A program made the translations under genes and the position numbers. Shown here piece by piece: positions 1 through 9,362 of a DNA stretch of 64,000 nt. The stretch covers positions 64,001-128,000 of the forward strand of contig CAWHAZ010000005.1 of the NCBI GenBank assembly GCA_963827475.1. Direction: 5' to 3'. This DNA comes from an uncultured Chloroflexia bacterium. Lineage in GTDB: Bacteria; Chloroflexota; Limnocylindria; QHBO01. Numbering within the stretch: position 1 is the first letter of the stretch; every line of letters begins with the position of its first letter. The notes under the pieces are model-generated. The model had not been told where the DNA came from and searched no databases. It worked only from the letters and a program-made list of their open reading frames with translations.

Positions 1-140
1 GAACCAACGGTTCGCGAAGCGGAGGCGCTGCCCAAGCCGCGCCACGATCGTCGCCACCTGGCGACATCGGTCGAGCGCGAAAGCAGCCGGGCTCACTGGT
101 CGGGTGCCACCGCTCATCACATACAAGGAGAAAGCTCACC

Positions 141-1560
141 GTGAGCAAGAACGTGGCCGTCTTCGTTGACGTTGCCAACCTCTATTACGCCGCCCGCGGC
201 CAGGACGTGGACGTCGACTACGTGGCGCTGCTGAAGCACGCCACCAAGGGGCGCGACCTCATTCGCGCCTATGCCTATTCCGGGCTCGACCCGGAGAACG
301 AGAACCAGAAGAAGTTCCTGGACTTCCTGGGCAAGAACGGCTACCGGGTGGTGGCCAAGGACATCCGCAAGTTCGGCGACGGCCGGGTCAAGGCCAACCT
401 CGACATCGAGCTGGTGGTCGACCTGTTCCGCCTGCGCGACCGGATGGACGTCGCGGTCATCGTGTCCGGAGACGGCGACTTCGCCCCGGCGATCCGTGCC
501 CTCCAGGACGAGGGCGTCCGCTGCGAGGTCATCAGCTTCAAGCCGAACACCAGTTCGGACCTGTTCGCCGTGGCGGACGAGTTCGTCGACGTCATGAAGA
601 TCAGCGCGATCGGGCGGGCGAAGGACACCAAGGGCGTCGGCGCCCCGGAGATGCCGGCCAAGGAGGTCAACCCCGACGTTGGCTTCCGTGAGGCGTCACC
701 CTCCGTTGCGGCCGCGGCCCTGGCAGCCGCGCGAAGCAACGGCGACGAGCCCACAGCGCGGGGTCGCGGACGTGGCACGGGACGCGGCCGGCCGGCCGCA
801 GCTACTGGCGGTCGTCGACGGTCGCGTGCCGCTGACGCCGAGCCGGCGACTGTCGCCGAGGGCGCCAGCAGTGACGTTGCGCCGACGGCGGCCCCGGCGA
901 ACGGAGACGACGACTCCGCCGCGGGTCGGCGCCGCCGGCGGCGAGGCGGTCGTGGTCGCGGACGCCGCGGACGGCGGGGCGACCTGCCGGAGACGGCCGA
1001 GGCCGGGGTCGAGGGCCGGTGTTGAGCCGGCTGAGATCCAGTGGCAGGAGATCGACAGCCTGGACGAGCTGAATGGCGGTTCAAGCAGCCCCGCGTCTGA
1101 CGGCGACCTCACCTTCGAGGAGGCGGATGCCGCCACGCTGGCCGAGCTCGGCCTGACGCCACCTCCCGTCGCTCCGGTCGACACGGCCGTAACCGAGCCC
1201 GCCGCCGAGGCGGTCGCCAAGCCTCGGTCGCGGGCACGCGCCACGACCGCGAAGGCGCCAACCGCGTCGAGCGGTGGCAAGACCACCCGCAAGACGTCGA
1301 CGACCACGAGTGGCGGAAAGACCGCTGCCAAGGCCGCTCCGAAGGCGGCAGCCAAGGCCACCAAGGCCGAGACGCCGGTCAAGACGGCCGAGACGGCCAA
1401 GGCGCCCAGTGCGCGCGGCAGCCGCGCGAAGAGCGGAAGTGCGTCGAAGGCCCCGCCGGCCGACGGCGACGGAGCCGCCGATCAGGGCATCTGGCAGCGA
1501 TTCACGTCTGGCCGCACGACGCGCAAGCGGCCGGTGAAGGAGCCCCCCGCCGAGGGCTAG
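141..1560 (+). CDS. NYN-domain (LabA/DUF88) protein with long low-complexity Arg/Lys/Ala tail; apparent frameshift near 1020
   Basis: VFVDVANLY, KANLDIELVVD and IVSGDGDFAP NYN motifs; AGGAG RBS upstream; tail continues in ORF 679..1560. Confidence 0.85.
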
Positions 1561-2150
1561 CCCTCGGACTCGACCTCGGTCTTCTCGGTCTTCTCGGTCT
1601 TCTCGGGAGCCTCGGTGCTCCCGCCGTTGCCGTTGGTCGACGGGACGTTGACCGGGATCCACTCGCCGGCCGCCTCCGCGGCTTCGCGGGCTCGCGACGC
1701 GAGCTCCTCGCGGGTCTCGGCACCCGGCTTGGGGGCCGTCAGCATGGCGATCAGCATGCCGGTCAGGCCGCCGATCACGATGCCGGCCAGGAAGGCGCCC
1801 CAGTGGCGCTCCGACTTCGGCCGGATCCCGAGCTCGGCCGCCGCGTCTTCGATCAGTTCGCGACTGGCCGGAACGGCCGCGCCGACAGCGCCCAGGGCAA
1901 CCGTGCGCCGGCTCCACAGCCGCCGAAGACCCGGACGGATGTCCTTGCGCCACGCCTGCCGCCACCATTTGCCGAGCTCGCGGCCCTGGCGCTCGATGGT
2001 CTTCGCGGCGTCGCGGCGGACCGGCTCCGACTCGCGCCAGGCCGCCGCCGCGCGATCAGCAGCCTCCTCGGCCGCCTGCGCGATCGCCTCCGCGATGGCC
2101 TGCGCGCGAGATTCCAGCTCCGGTTCCTTGATGTCGATCTTGGTCCCCAT
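1557..2150 (-). CDS. YtxH-like membrane-anchored protein
   Basis: FLAGIVIGGLTGMLIAMLTAPKPGAETREEL resembles YtxH; ATG at 2150 with GAGGG RBS. Confidence 0.7.
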   Translation of the reverse strand: MGTKIDIKEPELESRAQAIAEAIAQAAEEAADRAAAAWRESEPVRRDAAKTIERQGRELGKWWRQAWRKDIRPGLRRLWSRRTVALGAVGAAVPASRELIEDAAAELGIRPKSERHWGAFLAGIVIGGLTGMLIAMLTAPKPGAETREELASRAREAAEAAGEWIPVNVPSTNGNGGSTEAPEKTEKTEKTEVESEG

Positions 2151-2365
2151 GTCCGCCCTCTGGGTGCGTGATATCGAGGCCAGTATGCCACCGACCGACG
2201 GGAAGCGCCCCAGGCCCGACTGGCGCCCCGGGGGTCGTCGATCCGCACGGCGAACCGATTGCCAGTCGGTCGCCCGGGTCAGGCCCGGGCGACCCCCAGG
2301 GCACGTGGGCGCCCAGCCTGGCACGCCCCGCTGACCAGCCGCTTAGCCCGCCTATACTCGGCCCG

Positions 2366-3481
2366 GTGAGTACCGCGGCCGCCCAGCGAGGCTTCCTGAC
2401 CATCGGTCAGCCGGTTGCGGAGCGCCTCGCCCACCGGATGCTGACCGACGGATCCCTCCCGCCGACGCTCCTCGTCCACGGTCCCCAGGGCGCGGGCAAA
2501 GGATCGTTCGTCGACGACCTGCTGGCGACGGCCCTGTGCGAGGCGAAGGACCCGTCTGCCCGGCCCTGCAACGCCTGTCCCGGCTGCGAGATGGCGCGTT
2601 CGCGAACTCATCCGGACCTGGTCATCGCGTCTCCGGCGACGTGGCGCGACGACCGGGGGAGCGGCGAGAGCATCGTCGGTGCTGCGCGCCGCTGGCTGGC
2701 GGACGTGGCCGGCGCCCCGATTCGCGGTCGATGGCGGGTCATCGTCGTCGAGCAGGCAGATGCGGCCAGCGAGCAGGTCCAGAACGCCCTGCTCAAGGCC
2801 CTCGAGGAACCCACCGCGCGACAGCTGTTCATCCTGGTCGCGGACGATCCCCGCCGGCTGCTCCCCACCATTCGATCCCGCGCCCTGGCTCTCAGGCTCG
2901 GCCCCGTGCCGCGGGAGGCGCTGGCCCAGTGGCTTCTCGACCGCCGGCCGATGACCGATGAGCAGGCCGCCGCGCTCGTGCGCCTGGCCGACGGCCGGGT
3001 GGGGATGGCCCTGACCCTGGCCGACAACCCCGCGCTGGTGGAGTGGCGCCGACGGACGCAGCGCGAGCTGCTGGCCCTGCTCGATCGCGGGCGCTCGGAC
3101 CGCTTCGCCGCGGTCCGGGAGCTGCTCGACGATGCCGCGCGCCTCGCGCTGGGACCGGTCGAGACCGGGGATGCCGACGCGGCGGAGCCCGCCACCAAGA
3201 CGCCCACCACGGTCCAGCGCGCGGCCGCGACCGCGATCATCGGGGCGTGGGTCGACCTCGCGCGCGACCTCGCCGTGGCGGCCGCCGGATCCCCGGTCCT
3301 CGCCGGCTCGACCGAGCTCGTCCCGGACCTCATCCAGGCCGCTGGACGCCGCGCTCCGGGCGAGTGGGTCACTGTCACGATCCGCCTGGAAGGGATCCGT
3401 GCAGCCCTCGAGGAGAACGTGAGCCCCCGCCTGGCCCTGGAGACGGCCATGCTGGCGTGGCCCCAGATCTCGGATCGGTGA
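2366..3481 (+). CDS. holB: DNA polymerase III subunit delta'
   Basis: GPQGAGK, C-x2-C-x2-C zinc motif, HPDL, QNALLKALEEP, LLPTIRSR; start chosen at GTG after TATACT. Confidence 0.88.
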   Translation: MSTAAAQRGFLTIGQPVAERLAHRMLTDGSLPPTLLVHGPQGAGKGSFVDDLLATALCEAKDPSARPCNACPGCEMARSRTHPDLVIASPATWRDDRGSGESIVGAARRWLADVAGAPIRGRWRVIVVEQADAASEQVQNALLKALEEPTARQLFILVADDPRRLLPTIRSRALALRLGPVPREALAQWLLDRRPMTDEQAAALVRLADGRVGMALTLADNPALVEWRRRTQRELLALLDRGRSDRFAAVRELLDDAARLALGPVETGDADAAEPATKTPTTVQRAAATAIIGAWVDLARDLAVAAAGSPVLAGSTELVPDLIQAAGRRAPGEWVTVTIRLEGIRAALEENVSPRLALETAMLAWPQISDR

Positions 3482-3762
3482 CCGCGCCCCAGCGGCTCAC
3501 CGCCCGCATCCGCGGGCGCGTCCAGGGCGTCGGCTACCGCTGGTGGGCGGTCGACACCGCCACCCGGCTGGGGCTCGTCGGCTGGGTCCGCAACGCCGAT
3601 GACGAACGGGCGGTGGAGCTGGTCGCCGAGGGTGACCCGGCCGCGCTCGACGCGCTGCTGGCGCGCCTGGGCAGCGGTCCGACCGGCGCCGTCGTCGACG
3701 CGGTGGAGTCCGATCGCGGACCGGCGGCCGGTGGGCTGCATCGCTTCGAGGTCCGCCGGTGA
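3478..3762 (+). CDS. acyP: Acylphosphatase
   Basis: GRVQGVGYR...GWVRN signature; GTGA overlap with holB stop. Confidence 0.92.
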   Translation: MTAPQRLTARIRGRVQGVGYRWWAVDTATRLGLVGWVRNADDERAVELVAEGDPAALDALLARLGSGPTGAVVDAVESDRGPAAGGLHRFEVRR

Positions 3763-4091
3763 ATTGGCGCCTGCTCGGTTGCGGGCTGCTCGCCGCAGCC
3801 GTGTTCGTCGCGCTGGGTGTCTGGGCGCTCACGCTGGCGATGGGGCGGATCGGGTGCCCGACCACGCTGAACTGGGACGACCAGACCTATGTCGCGGTCG
3901 GGGAGCCGACGCCGACCCCGAACCTCGGAGACGGAGAGCCGGTCCAATTGGGGGTCACCTTCGTGGGCGTGCTGACCCGAGAGGTCTACGGGCCTGCCGG
4001 GAGCACCGCGACCGCGGAGCCGGAGGATCGACCCGATCAGCTCGCCATGGCCTGCGGGGACCAGACCTTCCAGACCTACGCCTTACCCTGA
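3759..4091 (+). CDS. Hypothetical exported/membrane-anchored protein
   Basis: N-terminal hydrophobic helix, coupled to acyP by GTGA overlap. Confidence 0.6.
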   Translation: MNWRLLGCGLLAAAVFVALGVWALTLAMGRIGCPTTLNWDDQTYVAVGEPTPTPNLGDGEPVQLGVTFVGVLTREVYGPAGSTATAEPEDRPDQLAMACGDQTFQTYALP

Positions 4092-5093
4092 GGTCGGCCG
4101 TTCCGATCCGAACAGACGGGCGTCGGCCGCCTCCGCGTAGCGATCGGTCATCCCGGACACGAAATCGCCGACCTGGGTCACCAGGTCGGCATCGGTCTGT
4201 CGGAAGCTCGGCGGGACATCGTCGGGATGGGCCAGGTGGTGGTCCATCAACCGGCGCAGGAGGTCGATGGCGACCTGCTGCTGCACCGCCTGCTCGGGCC
4301 GAAGGTAGACCCGCTCGAACATGAAGTCGCGCAGCTCGTGCATGAGACCGAGGGTTTCCGCGTCCATCCCGATCTCGCCGGCCCGCAGGCTCTCGTCGAT
4401 CACCGCCGTGATGAGCTCGCCGATCCACTGTCGACCGGGAGGACCCAGGCGCTCGAGCAGGTGGGGCGGGAAATCGGCCTCCGCCAGGACACCCGCCCGC
4501 AGGGCGTCGAGCGCGTCGTGGGTCAGGTACGCGATCCGGTCCGCGTACCGAACGCAGAGCGCCTCCGGGGTGGCGGGCGGCGGCGTGATCTTCCAGGTGT
4601 GGGCCCGGATGCCGTCTCGCACCTCCCAGCTGAGGTTCAGGTCCTCGAGGACCTCGTACAGGCGGACGCTCTGCGCGGCGTGGTGCCAGCCATCCGGCGG
4701 GAAGTAGGGGGACAGGGCGTCCTCGCCGGTGTGGCCGAAGGGGGTGTGGCCCACGTCATGGCCCAGGGCGATGGCCTCGGCCAGCGCCTCGTTGAGGGCC
4801 ACCGCGGCGGCCAGTGAACGGGCGATCTGGGCAACCTGGAGGGTGTGCGTCAGCCGGGTGACGTAGTGGTCGCCCTCCGGGTTGAGGAAGACCTGGGTCT
4901 TGTGCTTGAGCCGGCGGAATGCCTTGGAATGGATGATCCGATCCCGATCGCGCTCGAACGCGGTGCGGAATGGATCCGGCTCCTCGGGGCGCACGCGGCC
5001 GCGCGACGCCGCCGAGCGGGTCGCCATCGGCGACAGCTGGCCAGCCTCCTCGGCTTCTCGCGCCGGTCGGTCCCGGCGCTTCAGCGCTCCCAC
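4083..5093 (-). CDS. dgt: Deoxyguanosinetriphosphate triphosphohydrolase-like HD protein
   Basis: RDRDRIIHSKAFRRLKHKTQVF, TRLTHT, HDVGHTPFGHTGE, SGMTDRYA. Confidence 0.92.
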   Translation of the reverse strand: MGALKRRDRPAREAEEAGQLSPMATRSAASRGRVRPEEPDPFRTAFERDRDRIIHSKAFRRLKHKTQVFLNPEGDHYVTRLTHTLQVAQIARSLAAAVALNEALAEAIALGHDVGHTPFGHTGEDALSPYFPPDGWHHAAQSVRLYEVLEDLNLSWEVRDGIRAHTWKITPPPATPEALCVRYADRIAYLTHDALDALRAGVLAEADFPPHLLERLGPPGRQWIGELITAVIDESLRAGEIGMDAETLGLMHELRDFMFERVYLRPEQAVQQQVAIDLLRRLMDHHLAHPDDVPPSFRQTDADLVTQVGDFVSGMTDRYAEAADARLFGSERPTSG

Positions 5094-5249
5094 TCCCCGA
5101 TCATGGCCGATCCGGGCCCATTCCCGCCGCCGCGGAGCGGTCCGGGCGGTCCCTTCGTACTGGGCAATCAGGGTTAGGGTAGATTGCGGGTAGGTCCGGT
5201 AGGGTGGCCACCAGGGTTTCCACGCCGTGTCAGGAGGTCGCCCACGAGC

Positions 5250-8234
5250 ATGTCGATGATGTCAGGCCGGTTCCGACGCGTGGTCGTCGGCATGGTGGCG
5301 GCGGTCGCCGTCGTTGGCCTGGCACCCGCAGCCCCGTCTCCGGATGCCGGACCGGTCAAGGTCGGCGCATCCGAGACGACCCATGCCGTCGAGCGCAGCC
5401 ACGACTTCCGCCTCGAGCCCGGCACGACGCACATCGCGATCCGGTGGTCCGGCCATCCGACGGCGACCGTCCATGCCGCCTTCAGCGCGGACGGGGCGAC
5501 CTTCGAGGACCCCATCCACGTCGAGATCGACGAGGTCGGCATGTATCGCCGGGATGGGGTCACCTACGGCGCGGTGATCGGTGTGACCGACATGCGGGCG
5601 GTGCGCGTCACCGCCGACCGTCCGCTCGCCCAGGTCACCGTCCTCTCGCTGGACGCGGCCGCGGACGTCCAGCCCGCCCTTGGTCTTGGCGCGGATGCCG
5701 CAGGACTGAACACGATTCCCGGGGTGATCCCGCGTGCCGGTTGGGGGGCGGACGAGACGATCCGCTTCGACGCGTGGGGCGAGGAGCGATGGTGGAGCCA
5801 GTACTTCCCGCTCCAGAAGCTCATCGTCCACCACACCGCCGGAGCGAACGGGGACACGAATCCGGCGGCGACGATGCGGGCCATCTACCACTACCACGCG
5901 GTCACCCAGAACTGGGGTGACATCGGCTACAACTACCTCGTCGACGCCCAGGGCCGGATCTACGAGGGGCGCCATTCGCGGGAGTACTGGAACGGCACGT
6001 CGCCGACCTCCGACAACGCGGCCGGCCAGGTCATCTCGGGCGGGCACGCGCTGTACCACAACGCCGGAACGATGGGCATCGCGCTGCTGGGGACGTTCAC
6101 GTCCTCGGCGCCCACTGCCGCGGCGCGGGCGTCGCTGGTCAACCTGCTGGCGTGGGCCGCGAGCACCCACGGCATCGACCCGAACGGGGCCACGACCTAC
6201 CTCAACCCGGTGAACGGGTACAGCCGAACCACGTACAACATCGCGGGTCATCGCGACTACAACCAGACCGGCTGCCCGGGGCTGGCGCTGTACAACCTCC
6301 TGCCGTCGATCCGCGCCTCCGTCGCGGGCCTGGTGAACACCTGGCCCGGCGAGGTGTACAACCCACCACGGCAGCTCACCCTGGCGGCAGGGACGCACGT
6401 CGGGTATCGCTTCAACTCGTCCGGGACGGTCATCGCCTCGCTTCCGTACAGCCTCGGGTCGGCGTCGTCCGCGCCGGTGAACCAGCGCGCCACGGTCCCG
6501 AACCAGTCCGGGAACTGGTACTACGTCACCGCAGGCGTGTGGGCCGGCTACTGGATGTCCGCGTCGCCCTCGGCGGTCGGGCCGGCGCCACCGGCCGTGG
6601 TGGCCGCGTCGTATCGGCCCTGGCGGCCATTGACCCTCGCGCCGGGCACGTACACCGGATACCGGTTCGACACGTACGGCAACGTCACCGGGTCGCGGGC
6701 GGCGACCCTCGGAGGATCCGCGATGGTGCCCACCACCGAGAAGAGCACCATCCCGAACCTGCCGGGGAGCTGGTACTACGTCACCGCCGGCACGTGGTCC
6801 GGCTACTGGATCGCCGAGCAGGCCGGGACGTCGCTCGGCACGCTGCCCATGGCCCAGTTCTTCTCCTCGTTCACCGCCGGGATCGCGCCCCTGACCGTCG
6901 CGTTCACGAACACCTCGATCACGTACGGGTCGGCGAGCTGGGCCTGGGACTTCGACTCGGACGGGTCGGTCGACTCCACGCAGAAGGACCCGACCTACAC
7001 CTACCCCGCGCCGGGCACGTACTCGGTGACCATGACGGTGTCGGACGGGCTGGGCACCGACACCGAGACGAAGACCAACCACGTCACCGTGCGGCCGTCG
7101 CAGGAAGGCACCTACGTCCCGTTGCCGCCCTCCCGGATGCTGGACACCCGGTTCGGCATCGGGCTCAGCGGACCATTCACCGCCCACGCGCCGCGGACCT
7201 TCCAGGTCGCCGGCCTCGGCGGTGTGCCGGCCAATGCCGTGGCGGTGACCGGCACCCTGACCGTCACCGGCCAGAGTGGCGCCGGGTACGTGTACCTCGG
7301 TCCGGATCCGACCACGGTCCCGGCCAGCTCGACGGTGAACTTCCCGGCCGGCGACACGCGGGCCTCCGGGGTGACGGTGGCGCTCGGCCCGGGCGGGATG
7401 CTGGCGGCGACCGTCGGCGGCGCGGCATCGGCCCACCTCGTGTTCGACGTGACCGGCTACTTCGTGCCCGGCGGCTCGGGGAGCACCTACGTCCCCGCTG
7501 CCGCCGGCGCGGCTGGTCGACACCGCGGTCCGGGAACGGCCTGAGCGGACCGTTCACCGCCCATGACCCCGCGGACGTTCCAGGTCGCCGGGGTGGGCGG
7601 GGTGCCGGCCACCGCGGTGGCGGTCACCGGCATCCTGGCCGTCACCGGCCAGAGCGGCGCGCGGGTTCTTCTACCTCGGCCCGGCGCCGGTCACCAGCCG
7701 ACCAGCTCGACCCTGAACTTCCCGGCCGCCGACACGCGAGCCACCGGGGTGACGGTCGCCCTCGGCCCGGGCGGAACCCTGAGCGCGACGTTCGGCTACG
7801 CCGGCAGCACCCATCTGGTGTTCGACGTGACCGGCTACTTCGTGCCCGATGGCTCCGGCGCGGCCTACGTCCCGCTCTCGCCCGTCGCGCCTGTTGGACA
7901 CCCGGACCGGCAACGGCCTGAGCGGACCGTTCACGGCGCATGACGCCGCGGACGTTCCAGGTGGCGGATCGCGGCGGCGTGCCGGCGGGCGCGGTGGCGG
8001 TCACCGGCAACCGCGACCGTCACCGGGCAGAGCGGCGCCGGGCTACGTCTTCGTCGGTCCGTCCCCGATCTCCGCAGCCGACCACCTCGACGCTGAACTT
8101 CCCGTGGGGCGACACGCGGGCGAACGGGGTGACGGTCGCCGCTCGGCCCGGACGGCACCCTGAGCGCGACGCTCGGTCCATCGGGCACGACCCACCTGAT
8201 CTGGGACGTCACCGGCTTCTTCTACGTGCCGTAG
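5250..8234 (+). CDS. Secreted N-acetylmuramoyl-L-alanine amidase (PGRP/Amidase_2) with PKD domain and C-terminal repeats; frameshifted after ~7500
   Basis: Signal peptide; RAGWGADE, IVHHTAG, WGDIGYNYLVD..GRIYEGR, GHRD..TGCPG; PKD WDFDSDG; repeats continue in shifted frames to TAG at 8232-8234. Confidence 0.85.
7110..8234 (+). repeat. Three ~375-bp tandem domain repeats at the amidase C-terminus
   Basis: YVPL..LDTR.G.GLSGPFTAH.PRTFQVAG.GGVPA.AVAVTG...HL..DVTG.F unit seen three times at DNA and protein level. Confidence 0.85.
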
Positions 8235-8261
8235 GGGTCGATCCGAGAGAGCGCGGGCACG

Positions 8262-8337
<76 letters not shown>

Positions 8338-8365
8338 GGGCTGCCGAGTGTAGCCCGAGATCGAA

Positions 8366-8399
8366 GGCAAAGCGAAGGCCCCTCCGAAGAGGGGCCTTC
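8366..8399 (-). terminator. Intrinsic terminator, 11-bp stem with UUCG loop
   Basis: GAAGGCCCCTC-TTCG-GAGGGGCCTTC followed by GCTTT on the minus strand. Confidence 0.75.
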
Positions 8400-8514
8400 A
8401 TTGCTGCCGGATTCGCTAATCGCGGGGGCATCTGTCACGCGCGGTTTCCCGCACTACCCTTACCCAAACCTACCCATGACCCTGCGACCAGTGGTGAATC
8501 GCTGTGCGAACAGC
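8366..8514 (-). ncRNA. Candidate orphan small RNA (~150 nt)
   Basis: Bounded by a near-consensus sigma70 promoter and a terminator; internal hairpins; no plausible ORF. Confidence 0.5.
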
Positions 8515-8520
8515 GAAGCG

Positions 8521-8549
8521 ATGATATCCGACCCACCGGGTAGGGTCAA
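8521..8549 (-). promoter_or_regulatory. Sigma70-type promoter TTGACC-N17-TATCAT
   Basis: Plus strand GGTCAA 8544-8549 and ATGATA 8521-8526 with 17-bp spacer. Confidence 0.7.
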
Positions 8550-8609
8550 CACTCTGGAATGAAGAATCCTTTACTTTTCGGAGCGGTAATTTCGTACCCG
8601 GGCCAGGCC

Positions 8610-9362
8610 TCAGGAGGGCGTACTTTCCGCCGCCACGACCTCCATCCCGTTGATGACGACCGGGTCGACGGGCACCCCGATGTTCGGGTGGTTGACCTCC
8701 ACCTGGCCGATGGCATCGACCACCTCGCGACCCTCGGTGACCGTCCCGAAGATCGAGTAGTTGCGCTCGGGGAACAAGCCGTCGAGGTCGACCAGGCAGA
8801 TGAAGAACTGGCTGCCGTTCGTGCCCGGCCGTGCCGCGTTGGCCATGGCCACCGCGTACGGGTCGTAGTTCACGCCCTCCGGCGGCACCTCGGTGTCGAA
8901 CCCATACCCGGGAGTTCCGCTCCCCAGTCCCTCGAAGTCGTCCTGGTTCTCCCGCGTGTTCGGGTCGCCGGCCTGGATCACGAACCCGGTCAGGACCCGG
9001 TGGAAGGTGACGCCGTCATAGAACCCGCAGCGGGCGAGCGCCACGAAGTTCGCGGCCGCGATCGGGGCTGAGTCGGGGAGCAGCTCGATGGTGAAGCTGC
9101 CGAGCGACGTTTCCACGATCACCCCGGTGACCCCGGCCAGAACCTCGGCGGCGTTCAACGGGGTCGGCGCCGCGGAGGCCGAGGGGTCGGCCGTGGTCGC
9201 GGGTGGCGGCTGGCTGGCCGACGGGCCGGCCGATGGGTTGGTCGCGGGCACGACCGGCGCGGTGGCGGGGCATTCCTCGGCCGGAGCCAATGGCAGGCCG
9301 CCGCCCTGGCAGGCCGTGAGCAGGACGACCGCCGCCAACCCGGCGCGGAGCGGCGACTTCAA
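8610..9362 (-). CDS. Cyclophilin-type peptidyl-prolyl isomerase, lipoprotein
   Basis: LTAC lipobox; FYDGVTFHRV..GFVIQAGDP, AMAN...NGSQFFI. Confidence 0.92.
   Translation of the reverse strand: MKSPLRAGLAAVVLLTACQGGGLPLAPAEECPATAPVVPATNPSAGPSASQPPPATTADPSASAAPTPLNAAEVLAGVTGVIVETSLGSFTIELLPDSAPIAAANFVALARCGFYDGVTFHRVLTGFVIQAGDPNTRENQDDFEGLGSGTPGYGFDTEVPPEGVNYDPYAVAMANAARPGTNGSQFFICLVDLDGLFPERNYSIFGTVTEGREVVDAIGQVEVNHPNIGVPVDPVVINGMEVVAAESTPS

Noticed and set aside
1575-1606. 9-bp repeats (also 18-bp repeats at ~52398-52448)
   Set aside because: They encode EKT and AAESAP low-complexity protein tails.
5165-5208. GGGTTAGGGTAG...GGGTAG telomere-like G-runs upstream of the amidase
   Set aside because: Short and irregular; resemblance to the G-runs at 8450-8485 is too weak to support a claim.
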